Assembly: GCA_026770705.1 (NCBI GenBank)
Contig: JANJGN010000392.1
Location: forward strand, 186,001 to 250,000
Length of the DNA stretch: 64,000 nt
Source of the DNA: Isurus oxyrinchus
Taxonomy: Eukaryota
Reading direction: 5' to 3'
Translations under genes and position numbers: made by a program
Notes under the pieces: generated by a model
What the model was told of the DNA's origin: nothing
Database searches by the model: none
Seen by the model: only the letters and a program-made list of their open reading frames with translations
Shown: in pieces, positions 54,103 to 64,000 of the stretch
How positions within the stretch are numbered: position 1 is the stretch's first letter
How the letters are laid out: every line of letters begins with the position of its first letter

Positions 54103-54955
54103 TGTTGTCAGGGCTTACAAGAGGACAGTGTACTCTAATATTGAGACCGAATGTTGCCCGAGTCACGGCAAGTGTGAATGGTTTGAACAAAGCACCAGAT
54201 TGCCCGAATTCTACCTCAATCTTTCGTTAAGGTTAACAACATACGATCACCAGATTTGTCATTTTGATAAATTTAAAACTTTTAATTGATAACATTGTAT
54301 TTAACCTGGAGCAAAAGAAAGATATAACTGCTAATTTATAACACCATGAATTCTACTCTACCCTCTTTTTAAATACTAATACACAGACACAAGCACGTAA
54401 GTCACAAAGTAACCAGAAAACATGGATTTTAGGTGAGGGATAAAACAACACAATAGAACCAATCCGTAGTACGGAATTCAAACGGTTGATTTTGATCAAT
54501 GTTTTCTAATTCCCTTTCAGTTCCTTGCTGATAACAGGAGGTGGTCCATCAACAACTTCAGTGCTTACTTCATTGGCTGAGAACTTGGTATTCAATGTTT
54601 ACAATATCGGGTTTTATCTTTTCCTTTTTACAGGGGCTTCCTGAAACCAAGAGCAGTTTATAGATATATGAGGACAATAGATTTTAGATTATTTGCTTTT
54701 GCAGGGCAAGATTTCATGCTGCGCTGATAACACACGAGCCATGGTCAACGCTTAGGAGCCAATCAAAAGCTGTTGTAACGCACACCCCTTGGGCGGAGAC
54801 ATTTCTGGGACTATTCTCCCTATCTTGACGCAAACTTTCCAGGACCAAAACATTGTAAATATTTCTTATCATATTCCTCTTTCAAACTGCAGCCTTTGCC
54901 ATTTTAAATACACAGTGCACCGGAAATATTGAAAAGTAAAACGATATTGGTAACA
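54103..54955. mobile_element. Candidate solo LTR (truncated paralog at 42365-42810)
   Basis: TGT...GGTAACA termini; AT-rich, non-coding; no clear TSD. Confidence 0.4.
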
Positions 54956-55149
54956 TTCCAGTGGAGAAGTTTGTACTTACTCTCCCTGAACTATAGGTTT
55001 ATGTGGAGAATTATTTTCTAGTCCACTTTACATGACTCACTTAGGGAACACAATATCAGCTTTCCTCTTTCCCAGACTGAAACTGAAGCCTCTCATTCCT
55101 GGCACCATTCCATTGAAGCTCTGCTGTGCTCTCACCAAGAAGGAAAAGA

Positions 55150-55415
55150 GATGCATGCACATGGAATCGCAAGCAGCTAGAATTTCCCCTCCAAGGCACT
55201 CATCATCCTGAATTATTAAATATGTCGTCGTTCTGTTGTTGTGGTTGTGTTAAGATCCAGGAACTCCCTTAATTACTACGCAGGGGTGCATTTACAACAC
55301 ATGGAGTGCAGCATTTCAAAGACGGAGCTTGCCAACAACTTTTCTAGGGTAATTAGAGATGAACAATAAATGCTTGTCTATCCAGTAAGGACCACATGTC
55401 ATAAATGAAGAAAAA
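55150..55415 (+). mobile_element. 3' end of the LINE family seen at 2280-3870
   Basis: Matches 3600-3870 (ggaactccct..., caataaatgc..., catgtcataaatgaagaaaaaa). Confidence 0.7.
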
Positions 55416-57027
55416 ATATATATTTTCTAATACGTTGTGAACAGTTAGGAACGATTCCACAGCTGATGAGGGGCCATGAGGTATGAAATATTAAAGCAAC
55501 TATTTGTTTCTCTGCTGATTATTTTATAAACTCAAACATTCTCTGCGTGTTCTAACAATCATAGCTCCTTGCCCTTCCTGCTATAAATAACTGTGCATCT
55601 GTATCCTCTCTGTTTTTGTGCCCAATTTAACATTGTTCCATTTAGCTACATATGCCTCTCCTCATTATCCTTCCAAATATATCGTTCACTCTTCCCTTAA
55701 TTTAATTTCCAATCCCCGTCTCTCTCCAGTTCACCAATCTACGTATATCCTCCTGAAAATTACAACTGTTTTCGAAACTCTTAACGTTCTCGGCTTCCTG
55801 TTTCTGCTATTATGAACGCAGGAAATTGGAACGCATAATCACATTTGCCCCCTCTAGCCTCTCCGCTATTAAATTAGGTCATGGATGCACTCTTTGTGTT
55901 TCAAATGCCAAATCCCTATTTAACCCGATAAAGTCTGATTCCCTTTGCTAAAAGTAATCTGCTAATCTCTGCCCAAAAGTAATTCAGTGACCAAACCTCC
56001 ACTGCCTTCTGCGACAGAGCTAAAAATTTGCTCAACCGTTTGAAAGGAAATATATTCCATCAGCAGCGATCTAATAGGGCAACTCCTCTTTGTAAACCGG
56101 AACAACTAGTTAATTAAACATTCTTATTTATGTAACATTCTTTGTATAATTTGCATCAGAAAGAATAGTGGCCCTAATATTGACAACTGAAGACTATCAC
56201 TGTATATACCTCGGCTGTTTGATTATTAATCGTTCGCCACTTGTCTCTGCTTCCTCTATTTTAGCTACCACCATATCCAGACTGTGACTGTCCCTTTAAT
56301 CCATGGGGGCAGATTTAATAACAAGTCAATTAAATTACATTTGAAAACAACTTTTTGAAAATCCATATCTACAAATTCAAAAGCACTCTCTCAGCAACGG
56401 TGTCTAATGCATCAACAAATGATTCCATCACACTTAACTGACATGATTTCAGATTAAAATGTTTGTGTTACTAGTAATTTGGAAGTTTATGGATTTTTCA
56501 AGGCATAAATTATTTTCTCTGATGATACATTTTATAGGTATCCCCACCGTTTCACTGCCATCAATCTGACTGATCTGCAGCAATATAATTTATTCAACTC
56601 TTCTTTTATAATCCAGGTGGAATATTAATTACCCTCCTATTTTATGACATCGCTGGTAAATCCAATGTGGACTGAAAGATTACGGTCTATGCCACCGCTA
56701 CTTCAAGCATTCTGTTCTTCATTGACCCTTATCCATCCCATCAAGGTCGGATAAATGTTGTATTTTATTGTGAAATAAGAAGTGTTGAAATGAAAGGGGT
56801 TAACTGCACGTGTTTTTTTAAGTGATTGTAGTTCATGTCAGTCTCCAGGGATTCCGAATGGTTCACTGGAGGATTTCTCTATTCTGTTAATAACGGGCTG
56901 CTTTCAATTTGGGTTCCCGTAGTGTCAGCGGTACCAATACCTCTGATACTAACAGATGTCAGCGACTTCAGAGAGAAGGGAAGGAGAAATCAGAATCTGA
57001 GAACAATAGATTGTAAAGGCACCAACA

Positions 57028-57202
57028 ATGGCTCAGAATCTGAGAGCAATAGAGTGGAATGTTTCTACAATGGACAGGAGTTTACCTAATTCTCTTTATT
57101 GGCTTTCACGAGACTGGCTACCTTTAGCATGGCGGATCGAATGTGTACTTATAATTATTCAGGCAGGTTACTATCCCAGCCTGGCAATTTTTGGCATCCT
57201 TG
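57028..57202 (+). CDS. First coding exon of a GPR139/GPR142-like class A GPCR (shark-expanded family); exon 2 not found in the window
   Basis: Open frame MAQNL..NVST (N-glycosylation)..IIQAGYYPSLAIFGIL, ending mid-TM1 at a canonical phase-1 donor G|GTAAGT (57203), matching the YYP.LA..G.P|(A/V)N split of this family. Confidence 0.7.
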
Positions 57203-57309
57203 GTAAGTCGCTCTCTCCAGTCATTTATTCTATAGAAATGTTTAACTATGTTACTGCCCGTTTATTTCACATCATGTAAAGATGAAAAACGTTCTTTACA
57301 GTTCCAGTC

Positions 57310-57790
57310 ACTGAAACCATTTCCTTTCAACCGTCCCCCCTCCACTTTAAGGCTGATATCTGCGGCAGTTCAAAATCTACACGCTAAATCTGACTCTGAG
57401 CTCTTTTCCGACTCTGTATTTTGTCCATCCCCGATCATGCCCACTGCCACCTCAATGAGATCAACCATCAGCAATTGTGTCACCACACAGCTTCTGAATA
57501 AAACCTCATCTGTGAATTTGTGACATCCGCTCTCCACTATTCTAAAATTATCCTGACCTCACAGCCTGTAGTACAAGCCTTCATAATATTCACTTTAAAC
57601 AACTCTCGCAACCCAATTCACATTTTCACTAAATCCCATTCTCCCATTCTCACTGGGGCAAAGATGTGCACTTGTTCCTGCTCTGTCAGCAGATCCATTT
57701 TAACAATTTGAAACTTGTGTTTTAATCACTTCATGGCCTTATGCTCCAATTCTACTTATTCTCCAATCGCTATTTCCATGATCCTACAAA
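57310..57790 (+). mobile_element. L2-like LINE 3' fragment
   Basis: Decayed VQNL..FD.EL.F, H..P.L..LHW and FK..V..SLHGL motifs. Confidence 0.5.
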
Positions 57791-58019
57791 CTATTCCTCT
57801 TCCCTTTCTTCTCGATTCTCTGATGAGAAAGTTATTGGAGGTGCTGTCGATGTTTTTCTGGATATTGTGCTGTCAGGTGTTGCTGACATTATGAGAATAC
57901 AGAGTATTCGGCAACCCAGCAATGGACGAGTTATGGGGACTGTAATTACATCACATCTGCGTCTGTAACATGAGCAACAAATGGAGCAGAAGCTGTAGAG
58001 AGAGGGAAAGTTCTGTGAA

Positions 58020-59100
58020 GATGGATGAGGAAGCGGTGTCTGCCGTATTTGCTCCCGGTTTTCCAAGAGCACTTTGCCAAACTGTAATTTACCAAGATCT
58101 GAGCATGAGGCGACATTGATTCAAAATGAGGTGATTTCAGAGCTGTGACAACTCCTCCAACAATAGCTGGAGCCTTACAGCAGCTTGAGGGCAGTGCTTT
58201 TATGGCCAGAACTGTCACAGTACCATTGAACTTCTGTGGATCCTGAATTTACCAGACAGGAGCGGGTGAAATATCCATCAGCTCCCAGTATGCTGTCCAT
58301 AGAACTACCCACGAGATAATGGAGGCCATCTATGCCGGTTCAGGATAATACATCTCTTCCTCCCTCAGAAGGGAGAAGCTGAATGAAAGGTTTCCAGGAC
58401 CAAGGATTCCAGTTGTCATATGAGCCCTGCCAGACACCTATGTTGACAGACATGGGCGTGAATCGGCAGTTGCCCTTGAGAAGTTAGTGGTGCGCTGCCA
58501 TAATTTAAAGTTGTCTTTTCACCATGCACAGTGCATCATTTTGATGAACGTACATTTTCCTGCAGCAGTCTCAATAACTTCATTCCGAAACAGTCACCAG
58601 TTCCCAGCATCATTGGAAATCCAAGGAGAAGCAGAGGATGTCTTCCTGAAAATGAAGCCTGCCTTTTCAATAAATATAAAAAATCCACCATGGCTCACCA
58701 TCCCCACTGGCGGATGAACACACAAAAGTCACACATGTATAGTGAGGGCAATGAAGCCACCAATAGCTTTGGTGAGCGGACCATCAGTGAGACGAAGCAA
58801 CGCTGCTGATTCATAAAACACTTCGAGTGAGCTCTTCAGTACATGGAAGAGCAGCGGGTCAAGTTCAATATGTTCTTCTGCACCTTCATTTCATCACCAT
58901 CATGGGGGTACAGTTATTTTCAAGAGGAATCCAGAAGACACCTCAGCAGGAGGGCCAGGAGAAGGAAGCATGGAGAATATTTCCTCTAGGCCTTCTACCC
59001 AGACAGGCATCTGGAGAGACCTTGAATAGGCTCCAGTCCCTATTCGGCAAATTTTCTTTGCCACCATTGACACCCCCATTCTCCACCGTTACAATCAGTT
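58020..59100 (+). mobile_element. PIF/Harbinger transposase (HARBI1-like DDE) relic
   Basis: EVISEL*QLLQQ*LEP, VTVPLNFCGS*IYQTGAGEISISSQYAVHRTTHEIMEAIYA, PWL, YSEGNEATNSFGERTISETKQR. Confidence 0.8.
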
Positions 59101-59429
59101 GAGACATCCCATCACAGCTTTCCGTTGGCCACAATCCTTAAAAAAAAGTCAGCACCAACAATCTTTTTCTTAAAGTCTTTTTCTAATAACACATCAGATA
59201 TCACAAACAAAACTGGAATATTTACACTTCTCTGTTGCCTTAGCGCCTGTCTCGTTCGATCCCTCGCTGTGCCAGGCACTCTGACACATTTCTTTGCCAA
59301 TGCCAAAGGAATATGCAAACAAGGGAAAGGAGTAGGACATTCGCCGCCTCAGCCTGGTACACCATGTAATGTGATAATGGCTGGCATGAGAGATTGCGTA
59401 CATTTGCATTTCACCTACCCTTTATAACC

Positions 59430-60245
59430 TATCACCCTATTACTTACCTGGACATTTTCCATCTGTGCCTGTAAATATATTGAAAGACGCTGCTTCAACC
59501 ATCATTGCAGGCCGAGAATTGCAGAGACTCAAGACTCTTTGAGAGAAGAAAATATTGTCCCATCTCTTCTGTAAATTCGTGAGTCCTTATTTGTAATATA
59601 ATGAGCCCCAGTTCAAGACTGACGATCCAAAGCGAACATTCTCTCCATATCAACCCTGTCAAGACACATTAGGATCTCCTTTGTTTCAATCAAGTCTCCT
59701 CTTAGGCTTTCAAATTCCAACAGACACAAGAGTATCCTATCAAACCTTTACTCACAAGACAAACCGAGCATTCTGCATATGTGTCTGCTAAATTTTCTCT
59801 GAAATGCACCCAGTGTAATTACATCCTTAATCAAGTCAGGAGAAAGATACCATGCACAGTAATCGAAATGTGACTTCGCAAGTACTCTGTTGAAGTGGGA
59901 CATTGCCTCCCTATTTTTCTATTTAACTTCTCTCAATAAATGATAGGATTATATTGGCTTTCCTAATTATATTTTGTACCTGCATACTAGCATTTTGCGT
60001 TTCATGCACAAAGACAGCCATGTCTCTCTGCATCTTAGAGCTCCACAATCTATGTCCATTTATATACTGTGTCCCTCCTTTATTCTTCACACAAAAAATG
60101 GACAATTTCACTATTTTCAACATTGTAATGCATTATCCAGATGTTTGCCAGCTCACTCAACCTTTTTGAAGCCATCATATATTTTCCCTACAAACTATTT
60201 TTCTCCATATTTTTGTGTATTTAGGAAATTTGACAACCATATATC
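59430..60245 (-). mobile_element. CR1 3' fragment
   Basis: QRDMAVFVHETQNASMQVQNIIRKANIILSFI. Confidence 0.8.
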
Positions 60246-60259
60246 CATAAGGGATCTTA

Positions 60260-62625
60260 AGTGCGCCTGAGAGGCAACAACCTTAAGAGCATAATGCCAT
60301 TGCCCCTGTCGTTCGCCTGTCAAATCAACACCCCATCCGAGCTTCAGTTGTTGAATCTGTCAGCATGTTATGGACAAAGAAATAGACAAGTTGCAAAGAA
60401 AAACATATCTTCCATTGGAAGAGAGCTGATTTTAGTAAAACAAGGCAGGATCTGTTCAAGGAAGACTCAGTAAAGCTACTTGTGCTGAAATCCACAGAAG
60501 AGGAATGGCGTTGAAAAAGGAAACACAGAGGATACAGGCTCAACATGCTCCCTTAGGTTGTTGAAAGGAGCAAAAAGCCGAGAGAACAATGGATGACCAG
60601 ATTAATTCAGGGTATGAAGATAAGTAAAATGGAGGTTTTTAGCATGTACAAGTGGAGCAAAATTGCGGAGGCTTTAGTGGATTATATAAAGTGCAGAGTG
60701 GGACTTAAGAAATAAATTAGGAGAAATAAGTGGGGATATGAGGAAGCTCTGGCTGGGAAAAGTGGGGAAAATTCATATATATTTTATAACTCGTTTTATG
60801 GGAAGATGATATCTAGGGAAAGAGTACGGCCCATTATTGATCAAGGGGGTAATCTATGGAAGGAGCCCGAAGCCAATTGCAGACTGTAGAACGAATACTT
60901 CACTTTCACCCTCACCAAAGATATTGAAAATTAATGTGTGGAACTGGAGGAGAGAGACGGCGAGTTTCTTGAGCAAATTGACATAGGGAGTGACATTGTA
61001 TTGGAGGTTCTGGCAGTCTCAAACATGGACAAACTAACAGCTCAGGATCATTTGTGAATCAGACTGCTGAGGGTGGCAAGGAGGGTGCCGCAGGAGCTCT
61101 GGCTAAAAGTATTAAAATCCTCTTTGGTCATTGGAGTGGGTGCACAGGACTGGAGAAGAGCGAATGTGGTTCCTCTATTTAAGAAGGGTTGTGGAGCTAA
61201 GCAAGGGAACTACATTCATACGAGTTTCCCGTCAGTGCAAGGAAACTTTCTGAGAAAACTCTGAAGGAGAGAATCTATCTCCAATTGGAGGCATGTTTTG
61301 ATCAGGGATTGTCAGTCTGGCTTTGTCAGGGAGAGGTCTTCCCGAACACATTTGATAGATTTGTTTTTGCTGAGGAGGTGGCCAGGCGCATAGATGAGGC
61401 TCGTGCAGTTGATGTAGTTTAGGATGATTTCGTCTAAAGCCATTGACAATGTCCAACATGGGAGCCTTATATAGAAAGCAAATGCAATGGTATACAAGGT
61501 AATTTGCTAAGGTGGATTCAAAATTGGCTTAATGGTTGGAGACAGGAGGAGATGACAGAAGTCATGATTTAATGACTGGAAGTCAGTGCCCAGTGGCGTA
61601 CCACAGGTATCTGTGTTGTGTCCCTTATTAAATGTCATTTTTTATAAACGACAGAGACCGCTATTGTGGGGGTAGGATTAGTAAGTTTGTATATGGCATG
61701 ATTGTTCAGCTGGTTAAAATTTGGTGTTGAGTGTCCTAGGCTAAAAGAAGAAAAATATGGGAACGCCAAATGGGCATAAAGGTTGCAGATGGATGATAAA
61801 CCTGAAAACTGTGACAGGGTACACTTTGTAAAGTGTAATTTAATTAGTTAATCAATTAATTTGGCAAGGAAATATTCAATGAAAGGCATGGCATGAGGAA
61901 CAAACGGAACTTGATGTGTGTGTCCATACATCTGTGAGGGTGAACGTGCATGTTAATGGGTTTTTGAAAAAGGCATATTGAACACGTGCCATTTTCAATC
62001 GAGGTATGGATTACAAAAGTATGGAGATCAGTTGTATAGAACGTTGGTAAGGAAACAGTTGAGTTCAGTGTGGAGTTCTGGTCGTCACATTGCAGGAAGG
62101 ATGTGATTACACTATTGGGGGTGAAAAGGAGTGTCACCAGGATGATGCCTTGGATGAAATATTTAAGTTATGAAGAGAGATTCGATAGACCTGGGCTGAT
62201 TTCATTGGAGCAGAGATGTCTGTGGGGCGAACTAATTGAGCTATATAATATTATCAGTGGTATGGAACAAGTGCACATGGAGCACATGTTTCCTGATTAG
62301 TCGAAGGGTCAGTCACGATGGGACAGAAGTTCAAGTTGACAGGTAAGAGGTTCAGGGGGTATGTGATGAAAAAGTATTTTAACCTGAGGGTGTTGACCAT
62401 CTGGAATGTGCTGCCTGGGAGGGTGCTGAAGGCATGTTGCTTCAGAGCCTTTAAAAAGAATCTTGGTGAGCACTTGATGCGCAATAACATTCAAGGTTAT
62501 GGGACAATTGTTGGTAAACAGGACTCGGTAGGTAGATCAAGAATTTCTCACGTGTTGGTGCAGACTCTAAGGGCCGAGTGGATTCTTCAGCATTGTGTGA
62601 TTCTCTGATTATGTGATTCTATGAA
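60260..62625 (+). mobile_element. Decayed CR1 ORF2 to 3' tail
   Basis: DWRRANVVPLFKKG, SGVPQ, FWSSHCRKDV, LSYEER, IWNVLP; (gattctnt)n tail at 62599-62623. Confidence 0.9.
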
Positions 62626-62714
62626 AGCTGCACCGTGTGAATTCGCTATACTTATCATCAGCCCGGTTTTCCTTAGCTCTTGCACTTTGGAGACTGGCTG
62701 TAGTAAGTGGCCCA

Positions 62715-63177
62715 ATGGGTGAGGGAAGCAATGGTTTAATGTTAATATCGTTACAATCCTAACCTAGAGGCACAGGCACATGTTTGTGGTGCATGCGTTC
62801 AAATCCAACATAGCCATTGTTCCTTGACGTAAAACCCATCTCTTTCATGGAATTAAGCTTGCCACCCTTATGTTGCCTGGGCTACAGCTGACACCAGACC
62901 AGAGCAAGATGGGTAACTCTTAAAAATTGTTGGCCCTTGCCTTACAATTGTCAGTGTGGTTGTCCATCCAAAGCCTTGTCAATGACAACCACATCAACTG
63001 GATAAGCTGGATAGCTGCAATAATGGCATCTACCCGACAATGTGAAAAACTACCCAGCCATATTCTGAACAGAAAAATGAAGACATGTCCAACATGGCCA
63101 ATGGCGCCCATCTCAACTTGCCCAACCCCGCCCCTTACATACATACATACACACACACACACACATACACACACACA

Positions 63178-63220
<43 letters not shown>

Positions 63221-64000
63221 CAGTTAACTCCTCATCATCAGGAAGGCGATGCAAGGGATCATCAACATAACGAGCTTGTGATTCTTTAAGTCCACTCAGC
63301 TGCTGACGACATTAAAGCCTTAGCTAAAAGATAGACAAAGAGGTAAACTTCCTCGCTGAGTGAGAGTTACTGTCCATTTTACCAAGGCCTGATTTGACTG
63401 AGTGTGCCTTCAAGAAGCCCTAGAAAATCTGTTCTTAATGGGAATCAGTGGAACATTCTCCACTGGTTAGAATCATATCAGTCATGAAGGGAGATGGCTG
63501 AGGTCCTCAGAGGCCATTCAATCCAGCTCCTCAATTCATCTTTCCTCAATGCAATGTACAATGCCCAAGCATCTTCAGCTGCTTCGTCAATGATGTACTT
63601 TCCATAATGTGTACATAAACGTGGTGATCGCTGATGATTGGACAATGTTCAGCACTATTCGTGACTCTTCAGAAACTTATGCAGTCCATGATCAAATTCA
63701 ACAATAATTGGTTTATATTGACGATTTTGCTGTCATGTGGCAACTAACATCAATAAAACACAAGCGTCTGGCAATGACCATCTCCAACAAGCGATTATCT
63801 TAACATTGCTGGTGGACATTCAAATACATTACAATTACTGAGAGCCCCACGATCAAAATCCTTGGTTTTCCAATGACCAGATATTGAAATCGACTAGACA
63901 TTTAAAAACTGCAACTCCTCGAACAGGTCAGAAGCTTTGAATATGGCGGAGAGGAGCTGATATCCTGTCTTCAGCAAGTCTTTCCACCCTGTACAAGTGA
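62715..64000 (+). mobile_element. DeuSINE-like head/core followed by LINE fragments of the 2280-3870 family
   Basis: B-box-like gttcaaatcc (62797), Deu-like core at ~62845-62925, later IFSCFVND..ADD motifs. Confidence 0.65.
63139..63219. repeat. (CA)n microsatellite
   Basis: Direct. Confidence 0.98.

Larger units (their letters stand above)
42805..54553 (+). repeat. Tandem segmental duplication, copy B (no ERV)
   Basis: Collinear with copy A; empty ERV site 'tttcatttcttactatc' at ~45764-45780; lacks ~1.55 kb matching 36450-38010. Confidence 0.85.

Noticed and set aside
42805-54553. Assembly or haplotig duplication artefact
   Set aside because: Copies are substantially diverged and have private insertions and deletions
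62920-63289. CVCVCV / HTHTHT ORFs
   Set aside because: Translation of the (CA)n microsatellite

Overview
Repeat-dense vertebrate genomic DNA, most likely a cartilaginous fish (shark/ray). This is inferred from the CR1 LINE families, DeuSINE-type SINEs and a GPR139-like first exon. From left to right: (1) 1-10.1 kb is a degenerate 32-bp satellite interrupted by SINE/LINE insertions, followed by a Gypsy RT relic. (2) 15,973-19,911 is a 3.9-kb minus-strand LTR element with a tRNA-Ser PBS and a 5-bp TSD, no recognisable pol, and a decayed Cys-rich class-I fusion/env gene unlike gamma-type env (lokiretrovirus/paramyxovirus-F-like by inference). (3) 23,358-32,396 is a full-length decayed class I (epsilon/gamma-like) endogenous retrovirus inserted in a CR1. 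Its pol carries a 2H-phosphodiesterase-like domain between protease and RT. (4) An old head-to-tail segmental duplication covers ~21.1-42.8 kb and ~42.8-54.55 kb; only copy A holds the ERV. (5) The rest holds a GPR139-like first coding exon, a Harbinger transposase relic and more CR1. No intact multi-exon gene is complete in the window. Identities are by-eye estimates and family assignments come from motif recognition, not database searches.
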